NCBI GenBank assembly: GCA_964016885.1
Contig: OZ024741.1
Span: 282,286,001-282,350,000, forward strand
Direction of reading: 5' to 3'
Source: Eledone cirrhosa
Lineage: Eukaryota
Length of the DNA stretch: 64,000 nt
In this document: positions 23,187 through 34,450 of the stretch, in pieces
How the letters are laid out: each line of letters opens with the position of its first letter
Position numbering within the stretch: the first letter of the stretch is position 1
Program-made: the position numbers and the translations under genes
The notes under the pieces: model-generated
What the model was told of the DNA's origin: nothing
Databases searched by the model: none
What the model saw: the letters and a program-made list of their open reading frames with translations, nothing else

Positions 23187-25686
23187 ATTTGGTATTTTAA
23201 AGCTTGAAACCTAAGTATTTGCCAATTGGGCTGTGATAAATACGATTCTTAGGAGTGCGCCAGTGTTAACAAGAGACCAGATGATATAAGCAAGAAGTGT
23301 TCAAGACATGCCAGACTAGAAACAGGAAGAAACTTAAAACTCAGGAAGTACAAATCCCAGAAAATGTGAGTCAGGGCATAGTATTGGTAGGACATGATGA
23401 GAAAGGGAGGAGGAGGAGCCAGATTAGATAAAGTATGCACAAGTGATAATGATATTATTATTATTATTATTATTATTAATATTATTACTATTTTCTAATA
23501 TCATTATATCAAGACTGGGGATGATTATAGACAGAATTCTCACTTTCAAGGTATTGACATTATCAGGTGTGTAAGCTTGCATGTGTATGTATGTGTTTGT
23601 GCATATATGAGTGTGCAAGTGATGTCTGTGTGTGTAAATGGTGTGCTGTGTATAAGTGATGTGTGTATGTAAGTTTCTATAGGAGGTGGAAGGAAAGGGG
23701 ATGGATGTTTGCACATGTGTGAGTAATGGTTTCTACATCTTTGAACCCTGTTTATCAGGGATCAGTTAACAAGACTGTCACAGTTCAGTATCATGTAGCC
23801 TGGTAGGGTGTGGGTATGTGTGTGTGTGTGAGAGAGAGAGAGCAAGGAAATGAGAGAGAAAGAGTGAGGGATGGAGAGAGAAAGAGTGAGGGATAGCGAG
23901 AGAAAGGGAGAGGTAGATGGAGAAAGGAAGAGATAGAGAAAAGAAGCATGAAAAAGAGAGGAAGTGAATGAAAGAGAGAGAAAGAGAAAGACAAAGAAAA
24001 AAGAGAGTGATAGAGTAAACAGATTATTTATATAAGTGTTTTCTATGGTTAGTCTGGCTTAGTCATTAATATGAGTAGACAGCCTGGTTTAGTTAATACT
24101 GCTCAAACCACATAGCTTTTCTGATAATGGAAAGGCCTTATTTAGAGTCTATTCATCTGACTCTCACAGGTTGGCAGGACACCAATGAACACCCTCTTTT
24201 TTCATTTATATTTACTTGTCATTTGTATAGATGAGGCGGCGGTTAAGCACAAAGTGGGCTGCACTACTAAAACATTAAAGGCAATATTGAAATTAGGTGT
24301 GCTATTCAGAAAATCAAATGGGCCACAGTTTGCTCATGACTTATATAATTGTCAGTTTTGACCAGTGCTCTAGTTGTTTGAACAATGGAACACCTAATTC
24401 ATAAAATTAATGTACAAGTAACTGGGCATTCCATGGACACATGCACCCTTAACATAGTTCTCAGGGAGATTCAGGCAGGGCACCAACAACTAACATCTTT
24501 TTTCATTTATATTTATTTGTTGCTGTTGTTCTTGAATCTCTCTTGATTCAACAATAAGTGTTTGAACAACGGAACAGCCTACTCATGAAATTATGTGCAA
24601 GTGGCTGAGCATTCCACAGACACGTGCATTCTTAGCTTTGTTCTCAGAGAGATTCAGCATGACACAATATGTGACAAGGCTGGCTCTTCATATTACAGGT
24701 ACAATTCATTTTACTGGCTGAGTGGGCTGGAGCGATATGAAATAAAGTGTCTTGCTGAAGGACACAATGTGCCACCAGGAATCGATCTTATCACCTTACA
24801 ATTGTGAGCCAAACATCCTAAACACAAAACCACGTGTCTTTATCGACTTATTTCTTAATATGTATAGGGTTCTATGTACAATCCACAAACATAGCTTTGT
24901 TAATGTTTGGTGAAGAAAACAAATACTACTTATTCCATCAGTAAAACAATGGGTTATGTATTAGTGTATGTATTTATCTAACCATCTAACATTATGATTT
25001 TTGTAATTGTTCTCCATATTTGTTTCTCATTTGTGACCTTGTACTATATGTGTGACTGTATGTGTGTGTGTATGTATTGTCTGTGTGTCTGTCTATATAG
25101 TCGTTGTAGAGGTGCCAAAGTGACATAGCATTTCTTGGGTATTTTAAGCCTGGCGAAACCCATTCCACTCCAGGTCTAAACATAGCAGATTTTTTCCAGA
25201 GAAGGATAGAAAGTGAGAAAGAGAGAGAGAGAGAGGAAGTGAGAAAGAGATGTAGAGGAAGACTTCACCCCCAATGCTAGACTGGCACTGTTTTTATTGA
25301 CTTTGGATAGTTCAAAGGCAAAGTTGACCTCCGCAGGATTTGAATTCAGATAACAGAGAGCTGGAACAAATACCATGTTCTACCCAGTGTTTTAACAACC
25401 TAGCTAACTCACCACCTAAATATATCTATACCTATATATCACTATATTTTCAAAAAACAAGAGGCATTAAATTTGTGAATGCTTTTTTTTTGCTTTCTTT
25501 TTATTTTCTATTTATTTTCTGAGTTTAAAACTACAAAACTTTGCTCTTACAATAAACTCTATGGGTCTGATTTTTTATTTAATTCAACAATTCCAAATAG
25601 AACATTTATTATTTTTAAATTTTATATTGTTAAACAATGAAAGTAGTTATTCAATGAAAGTCTTAAGTTATTCTCCCTAGGGTGTG

Positions 25687-25878
25687 CTACTACTACTACT
25701 ACTACTACCAAGAAGAAGAAGAAAAAAGAAAAAAGAAAAAAAGAAAAAAAGAAAAAAGGAAAAAAGGAAAAAAGAAAAAAGAAAAAAGAAGAAAAAAAAG
25801 AAGAAAAAAGATGAAAAAAGAAGAAAAAGAAAAAGAAAAAGAAAAAGAAAAAGAAAAAGAAAAAGAAAAAGAAAAAGA
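25687..25878. repeat. Compound (TAC)n / (AAG)n / (GAAAAA)n simple repeat and polypurine tract
   Basis: Seen directly; explains the K/F/E-rich spurious ORFs. Confidence 0.97.
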
Positions 25879-26459
25879 ATTTTACAATGTTGGACATCCA
25901 CAGTAACCTTGCTTACAATAAATTAGTCCGAGTTCTTATATAAATAGAATTAATTATACAAAAATCCTATGACAACTAAAGAATAACATTTATATGCATT
26001 GTGTGTATGTATGGACCTGTAATTTCAGATGGAGTTGTAGGAGTGCTGTTGTGATATTTGGCTATTTTAAAGCTGGCAGATCCCATCTTTCTCCAGGTCT
26101 CAACACTGTTGATTTCTTCTAGAGAAGGATAGAGTGAGAATGATAGAGAAAAAGGGAGAAGGAGATATAGAGGAAGAATCAACCAGTACTGGACTGGAAG
26201 TCTTTTTATTTTTTTTATCGACCTTGAAATGATGAAAGGCAAAGTTGACCTTGGTGGGATTTGAACTCAGAGTGCAGAGACCTACAGTGTACACAGCAAA
26301 TCATTTTGTCCAATGTTCTAACAACTCTGCCAATTCACAACCCTATTTATATGCTTTATACTTAAATAGTGTATATTAAAATAAAGACTAAAATGTTACT
26401 AATCTGAAAATATAAAATTCTTGTTCACAATATTTTCCAAGCTTGGAGCAGTATCTGTC

Positions 26460-26735
26460 AACATCATCATTGTTTGACATTATTTTTCCATGCTTGCATG
26501 GATTAGCCGGGTTGTCATAATGAGACAAGTCAGGTCAGGTGACCCATGTCTTGCTCATACAGATCTGTATTTTGGCTTGGTTTTTACAGTTGGAGGCTCT
26601 TCTTAATGCCTACCACATTACAGTGAGGACTGGGTCATTTTTTGCCAAATCACTAGCATGACCACCTTACAGGGTGTACTGGATACTTTTTTCTCATGTC
26701 CCCAGCATGACCACTTTACAGGGTGGACTGGGTGT
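26460..26735 (-). mobile_element. Fragment related to the RTE family 1 3'UTR
   Basis: catcatcat..tttccatgcttgcatgg tail plus tandem ccactttacag..gactgg units, as in 50681-50950. Confidence 0.75.
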
Positions 26736-28135
26736 TTATTTTGTTTTAAAAATGATGATAGCCCTAGGTCATACTTCTTAGTGTATTATACCCCCTATTT
26801 CCCAATTTGGCATTAAAACTACTCAATGTTTGTTTACTGTAGCAATGTTCCAAGTCTATTATGAGTTAATGTTGGAAGCCTGACCAATCTTGTTACATTT
26901 CTAAACACTTCAACAGCTTTCTAGATGAATAACATTAGCTACAGAGGCAAGTTGCCAATACACCGTTTTACAAAATGATACATTGATTTTTATAAAAATC
27001 CAAATGGCATTGCATGGAACATGCATATATTGGAAATATATGAGAACATAGTCAATAGAGCACATTATTATTATTATTAATGATAATATAAATTAGGGCA
27101 GCTCTTTTCAATTTTCCATGGGAATAGACATTTTTGAATTCAAATGCCATGTATATTTCAGACATTTTATACATATATTTCATATTCACATTTACATTCA
27201 CTGGACATACAAACTTTACACACAGGAGAGAAAGAAATACATATACACTATACACACAGGAGAGAGAAAGAGAAAGGGAGACACACACAGAAAGATTTGG
27301 TTGCTACACATTACTTTTTCAGCTCACTGGGTGTTTAGACCAATATATTTGAACCAATTAATAGACATGTCACAGATGAATATATATATATGTGAAACAC
27401 TTTTCCTAAGTAAGAAATTCTATTTATCAGTGGCCTAGTAGTATTTATAAGAGCTGTTCCAATAACTATAATGTTCAAAATGGCAAAACAGTTGGCAACA
27501 AATTATAACATCAATTTCTGAGATCCTGAGCCAAAGAATATAAAACATTTTTGTTCCATTTTTTCCCCTTGCTTTGTGCTTTATTTCTGTATACTAATCT
27601 ATATTAGAAGTGTACATGGTGGCATATATAATATGTTTATGCATGATAAACGTATATAAGTCTTGCTATGAATAGTTTAAGCCGTAATCATGTCACAGCT
27701 ATCTCAGCAGCCATCTGAGAATGCCAGATACTAGTGTTTCAGGATTTTTTAATATATCATCAGTGATGTTTACTCACTCAGTACAGAGGCAAGAATAAGC
27801 TTTAGCTAATATACTTTTTGTATACGAAAATCTGCTGAGAGGTTCATTTGTATATAGTGCATGTCTAACTTGGTTGGGATTAATTCTCAATAGCATGAAC
27901 ACCGCACAATTCATAATAGAGGTAATATATCATATATCCCTTTATATACACTATTATTATGAATCATGCCATGTTAGTGTTACTGATAACTAATATATAC
28001 AGGAAGTAATGTTATTTTCTTTATTGAAAGTTCATATATTTGCATAATATCAAGGGAGGTATTTTTATGGCTTGGTACCATTTCTAATCATTCACCACAA
28101 CAGCTAACAAGCAGGGGAATTTCTTTTTCCATTAA

Positions 28136-28956
28136 CCCTTTCATTACCATATTTTTCTAATGAAAGATACTGACTATGATTTTCTATTAATTTTGAAAAT
28201 ATACAAGAGCTTGGTGGAATTTAGTGCCATATCAAATTGCCTGAAACTACTCTTGGTTCTACAAAGTTGTTTGTTTTAAAGTGTTTATATTTATCTTTAA
28301 ACTTCCCATTGTAATTTCATGTAAAAAAAAAAACCTTTGTTATGTTATGTTCCAAGCACCAACTTAATGATGAGAAAGTTAGTTATATTATTAAATCTCA
28401 TGGAATTTTAAATTAATTTTAAAATGATTTGAAAATCATATGCAGTGTCTTTTAATAGAAATACAGTAACAAATGAGTTAACATTCTCATTATTAAACTG
28501 ATGTTTGGAACATAAAAAGTGTGACATAACATGGCAGATTTTAATTTAATCAAGAATACATTAAACCAAGTAAGCAGTGAATTAGCAGAATCATTAGAAC
28601 ATTGAATAGAATACTTTGTGTTTCATTTTGGCTCTCTGCTATCAAATCCATAGAGGTCAACTTAGCCTTTCATCTTTTCGAGGTCAATTAAAAAAGTACC
28701 AGTCTAGTTCTTGGGTCGATTCTTCATCTATATCTCTTTCTCCCTCTCACTTTCTAGCCTTCTCTGGAAGAAATCTGTTGTGTTCAGACATGGAGATGGA
28801 TGAGCTCTGCTAGGCTTAAAATGCTCGAGAAATGCCATATGCTACTACAGCATCCTACAACTTCAAGAATTATGGGACCATACATACATACTTTAAACCA
28901 ACCAGTTTAGCATCATAGAACCAGGATCAATTTCAGGTGATCTGGTATCAAAAGGG
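28136..28956 (+). mobile_element. Family B MITE containing a nested inverted B copy (about 28222-28480) and a SINE (about 28572-28892)
   Basis: ttaa-CCCTTTCATTACC...GGTATCAAAAGGG-ttaa outer ends. Confidence 0.82.
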
Positions 28957-29309
28957 TTAATTGCTACTCAATGCAACAACAGAACACACAAACAAAATTC
29001 TTCATCTACCACTGTACTGTCATGTTACCTCAGCTACCACAATTATAATTAACTTTACTCTTCTAGACATGACTCTTGTACTGTAACACCATTAATATCA
29101 TTAACTGCACCTATTTACACCATCTCTATGTACTATACTAAAAACCACATGATGTCATTCCTTTTGAGGATCAGTGTTATACAGATCCCTCTTCTACCTG
29201 CAATACCATAATGTTTTTATTTTTTATTTTTACCTGTCTGCACTCTCAATAATGTTTTATTTCAGACCTTCATACACAGGACAAAAACAATAACAAAAAA
29301 AGTACTTAC

Positions 29310-29345
29310 CAAAATACCAAAGTAATCAAGAACATAGTCACTTAC
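29310..29345 (-). other. Candidate 36-nt exon / recursive splice site of an unidentified minus-strand host gene
   Basis: Minus strand: ctattttcgttttgtatttttCAG|GTAAGTgactatgttcttgattactttggtattttg|GTAAGTac. Open only in phase 0 (VSDYVLDYFGIL). Confidence 0.6.
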
Positions 29346-29547
29346 CTGAAAAATACAAAACGAAAATAGCTTAAGTAAATAATTATACATCATTATAGTA
29401 AGTCTGTAAAATAGGTTATAAAATAAAATTTACTTTGAAAAACATTAAATTCTCATCACATGTTTATTTATATTTATTTATTTATTATTATTTGTTTGCT
29501 TTGCTACCCTCAAAAATAAAATAGCAAGTTTTAAAAGTAAAAGAATA

Positions 29548-30388
29548 TCATATATGCTTGAATATAAGCCAGGGATATGTGGCAAAAAAAAAAAAAAAAA
29601 AATAAATAAATTGATGGTAAAATGGTCAAATTCTACGTAAATAAGGTGCTAAAATATCTGGAATGATTATTTCACAATGAAACACTGTTTTTCTACATTT
29701 CCTATATCACCAGAGTTTTATTTATTTATACATTGCCTTGAGAACATTTCCACAATGTCTTATTATTTGAACTTTTATACATAAATATCCACTACACATA
29801 AACGCACACTCGTACATAAACATGTGCACCGACTGTTTGTCTCTGACTTACGTAATTATTTCACTAGCTCTCTCCCTTCTCTTGCTCACGCCTTCTCTTT
29901 TTCTCACTCTGCCTCTCTTCTCTCCCTCGTTTGCTGTAAAAAATCTACCTAAGCATTAATACTTGTTTGCTAAATTGATTCCAAGTTTTCCCAGTACACA
30001 TTTCATTCAACATGTATATTAAATAAAATTCTGTTACATTTGGGGGATGGCTCTATTGTCTGCTTAAAAAATAAGCAAAATACTCTCAATATTTAAGTAG
30101 CCAAAAGTAAACAAAAATTCAAGAAATTTGTAACTATAAAATGGATGAAATAGTAAACAAAGTCTTTACGTAGTGGATTTGTGAAACAAAAACTATACTG
30201 TAAATGACATTTAAAACATTTAAAATATCAAAATATTAAAATGTCGTAAATATTTTCTCCACCCATTAGAATTTCAAAACAGCACCATAATGTGCTTATT
30301 AGCTGCCTTGGTTTATAAATAGTGTTTGGATTTTTATCCATTTCTCAGACATAAAATTGGGGGTTGACTTATATTCAAGTATATATGG
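29548..30388. mobile_element. Non-autonomous Tc1/mariner-superfamily (Tc2/pogo-like) element
   Basis: ta-TCATATATGCTTGAATATAAGCC...GACTTATATTCAAGTATATATGG-ta TIRs with a TA TSD. Confidence 0.8.
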
Positions 30389-31769
30389 TAATTTAAAAAC
30401 CAATCAAGGAATAAAAGTTTATGCCAAATCATAAGTATTACCTTATGAACAATCTAAGCCTTAGGAATGTTTGAAATTCGAAAATGTGAGTCTTAAATGC
30501 AAAAAATGACTGTAATAACAGTTGATGACTAAAGATAATATTTGAGAAAATTAGGTAAATCATTATTAAAGATGGAAATGATGGAAAACAAAAAAAAGTG
30601 GACAGAGATACCCAAAAGTAATTGAATTCTTTATCTTTTGAATACCATGAAAGTGCAGGGTTTAATTCCTCATAAACTGCCTCTGTCCACATTTTTCTGC
30701 CCCTAATAGTAATTTAACTAATTTTTCCAACCATCTTCTTTAGTCACCAACTGTCATTACAGTTATTTTTGCATTTGGGACTCTCACATTTTCAAATGTC
30801 AAGCACTCCCAAAGCTTAGATAGTTCATGCAGGTATTTGATGAGTAATTAATCTCTCTTCCTTTTTTTTTTTTTTGGTTTAAGGGAAATAATTATATGAA
30901 ATTAATAAGAGAGAAACAGACTTCTTTACTCTTTCATTGATTTCAAGTGTCAGAAAATCTCTATATATTTAACCAAATTTAATTATATTGTTCTTCGGTT
31001 TCAATATTGTTATGTTTCATCAAGAATTGTATATCTAGGATTTCTATTATACACGAAGTAGAGAAAGATACAATGAGAGTGAATAGGAAAAGGGATACAA
31101 AGACAATATTTTGAAAAAAAACCCCATCTTTCTTCCTTTTCTTTTTTGTTTCCTTTTTGTTATAATTATTAGGGGACATGGAAACTCAATGATAGATGGT
31201 ACCAGGTCACAAAAATAAGTTTCAAGAAGGATTTTAATTCCACCAAATTTAGATAAACCGAAAGTTTTATTTGTTTCAGTTCAGTATTGATACAATCATT
31301 TACGCAGTATTGAAACTTCTTCTTCCCACAAAAGTTCCAGAAAATGGCTTGACATTTTAACAAAGCTTAATGCTTTTAAAGGTTACATTTTCCATGTATC
31401 AGTTATCATAGAGCACTTTTCATTGTATGCATGAGTTTCAAGTCCTTTTGTTTTGTTTTGAAATTATGGACACCATTTTTAAAAAGAAAAAAAAAAGCAC
31501 ATAATCCACTCTTGACATTTTGAATTTAAGAAATAAAGAGAATGAAAATGAATTAAAAATAACAGAATTTTAAATTTATTAGGTTAATTTTCTACTTTAT
31601 ACCATAATTTGATAGTTATGAACTCAGAGAATTATGTGTCTTTCCTACATTATTGCCCAACTTTTAGGAAAATTGTGACAAATGACTTCAGTAATATCAA
31701 TAATATTTAGTTTTTAGTATGACAACAATACAGGTCTCTGTATTACTTCTTTTCTTATATACACTTATT

Positions 31770-32140
31770 CTTGAAAGGGTCATAGGGGGGAGAGTCCTCA
31801 AAAATGCCTTCTCCAGTGTTTTGAGAGGGTTGTGTGGGCAGAGTCCTCAGACATGCTTTCTCCGGTGTCATGAGAGGGTCGTGGGGGCCGAGTCTTCAGA
31901 TATGCCTTCTCCAGTGTTTTGAGAGGGTTGTGTGGGCAGAGTCCTCAGACATGCTTTCTCCGGTGTCATGAGAGGGTTGTGGGGGCCGAGTCTTCAGATA
32001 TGCCTTCCCCAGTGTCTTGAGAGGGTTGTAGGGACAGAGTCCTCAGACAAGCCTTCCCCAGTGTTTAGAGAGGGTCATGGAGGCAGAGTCCTCAGAAATG
32101 CCTTCCCATTTGAGAGGGTTGTGGGGAGCACAGTCCTCTT
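31770..32140. repeat. 49-bp GC-rich minisatellite, about 7.5 units
   Basis: gagagggt starts at 31823, 31872, 31921, 31970, 32019 and 32068 (49-bp period). Confidence 0.95.
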
Positions 32141-32700
32141 CAGTGTCCTATTGGAAGGAACAGTCACCAAATAATCCAGCTGGATTCTCAAGTGAGACCA
32201 ACTGAGGCTATGGATATTAACCATCCATCTTGTTACCATCTGGCCCACCTCAGGGTTTCCAACTGAGTTGGCTTTGCCCATAAAAATCTGTCCTGTGATC
32301 CTCTCCTTAGCCACTCTAACCACATGCCTGTAGCAGTTTATTATGAAAATTGTTATGCTAAAGCACCCAGCACTTATATAGCCAAGGTTTTCTACTTGTT
32401 ATCTGGGTCAACCTGGGGGCAAGAAACCAGCAATATATGTTTGTTTTAGCACATACTGTATATGAAACACACTCACAAACATCAAAATGTTGTTATGAAC
32501 AGCATTCAGCTGTAAAAACATTTATTCCTATAGCTTTACATGTCTAATCTATGTAGGCATGAAAAATAAATCTAAAATTGATGACATATATCATTTTATC
32601 TCTCCATACATATAACTTCACATAGGCATATATGCATGCACACACACACTAGTATGATATTGATTTCTAACAGAGGTGCAGCTCACATTTGAGCGAGGTA

Positions 32701-33295
32701 TAATAATGGTTTTGGGTTTAGACACAAAGCCATCAATTGGGTTGGGGGAATAAGTCGATCAAAGTCGACCTCAGTGCATTACTGGTGCTTATTTTATCAA
32801 TCTCTTAAGGATGAAAGGCAAAGCTAACCTTGGCAGGATTTGAACTCAGAACGCGAAGAGCCATAACTATGCTGCAAAGCCTGTTGTCCAACACCCTACT
32901 GATAATTGTTTCTACTTTTGGCACAAGGTCAGCAATTATCCCACTGTATTACTGGTACTTTATTCTTTATTTTATCGACCCCATAAGGATGAAAAGCAAA
33001 GTTAACCTCGGCGGGATTTGAACTCAGACCGTAAAGGGCCGTAACTCTTTGCTGCAAAGCATGGCGTCCGACCTTCTACCGATGCTGCCAATCCACCAAC
33101 ATTATATAATAATAATTGTTTCTACTTTAGGCACAAGGTCAGCAATTACCCAGTGCATTACTGGTACTTTATTTTATCGATCCCGTAAGGATGAAAGGCA
33201 AAGTCAACCTTGGCGGGATTTGAACTCAGATCGTAAAGGGACATAACTATGCTGGAAAGCATGGCGTCCGACCCTCTACCGATACTGCCAAAATA
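32701..33295 (-). mobile_element. Three head-to-tail family A SINEs (about 32701-32900, 32902-33098, 33110-33290)
   Basis: Three repeats of ctggtac..gatgaaaggcaaag..gatttgaactcag. Confidence 0.92.
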
Positions 33296-33429
33296 ATAAT
33301 GTATTCTTTTACTTGTCACAGGAAGGGAGAGATAAATATATGTATATAAAGTTTGGTGCTTTTCATAGAAATCAGATGAGGAAGAAAAAAAGGGTGATCT
33401 AAAAGTATACAAATAAGCTATTCAGACCC

Positions 33430-34450
33430 CCCTCCCCCTAATAAAAGAGGTCTTTCACCTAGGGCCAATTGAGGAACCCCATATATCTAGGATCACTGAT
33501 CACTAGGAACAAATGTCTCTCTTCCAACTGCCATTCTATGACCTATATTCACATGCTGAAAAGAAACTCATTGACTCTTGCCATGCCAGTTTTGCTATTT
33601 CACCCACCTTTTCACAAGAGGAAAGCACTTCCTTCTCTACCCTCACATTTCTTTGAATGTGAAACACTCAATGAAGGCTTGACTAAAGTGGCAAGTGTAT
33701 ATTTTCAGTCCTTTTTACCTTGAGCATAACATAAGCTCTTTTACTATAGCCACCAGACAGAAGAAAACTGCTGAATCTTCCTGGTTAAAGGACAGTCGGT
33801 AGTTAGCTGTCCTACATTTGGTAACAGTTAAGGCTCAGATATAGAACAAATGCATGTAAAACAGTTTTATCACACGGTGCAAATCTTGAACAGACCTGCC
33901 TGACAATGCTTTCAAGGCTGTAGAGATTTTTTTTTACCAGTATCGCCTACTAGTAGCCCTGTTGGGCCAGGGATTTCTGGAGGTTATCACATTATTTAGA
34001 ACAGAGAAGCCAGTTTATTTTTATTGATAGCCAGGAATGCCATCACATTAGCCTTCTACAGATTGCTAACCAATTGCATGGTCTAATTTGTAGAGGGCTG
34101 TGAGAATCTGATATTCCTGATGTCAAGTAGCAGTCATTCTTGGTTTTGCTTAATCCAAAACTACAGGTCCATCAAGGAGACGAATTGTAGAAAAAGATGT
34201 TTGACAAGAAGCAACCACACCCATTTACCCTTCCAGGATTTTCTGCAAATACTACAGGGTCAGGGTCAGTCAGCATAGTAACAGACTTGACATGTTAAGC
34301 CTCCACTTAGAGGTCCAAAAGAGTAAATACTTCACTTTGATTTCTGTAGAATTAAGAGATGAAATTGCTATCCTAAAGCACCCCTATCTCTTATATAGCC
34401 AATATTTCCAACTTGTTATCTGGGTCAAACTGGGGACAATAAACCAGCAA
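33430..34450 (-). mobile_element. Highly decayed Tx1/L1-like non-LTR remnant
   Basis: Minus strand near 33830-33995 reads DNLQKSLAQQGY**AILV...VCSRFAPCDKTVLHAF, resembling the C-terminal zinc-knuckle region of L1/Tx1 ORF2. Confidence 0.5.

Noticed and set aside
25622-25926. Lys/Glu- or Phe-rich proteins
   Set aside because: Translations of simple repeats.
30438-31363. Protein-like short minus-strand ORFs (e.g. LLIKYLHELSKLWECL, MWTEAVYEELNPALSW)
   Set aside because: No recognisable family, interrupted by stops, no convincing splice signals; could be a decayed TE but cannot be supported without a search.
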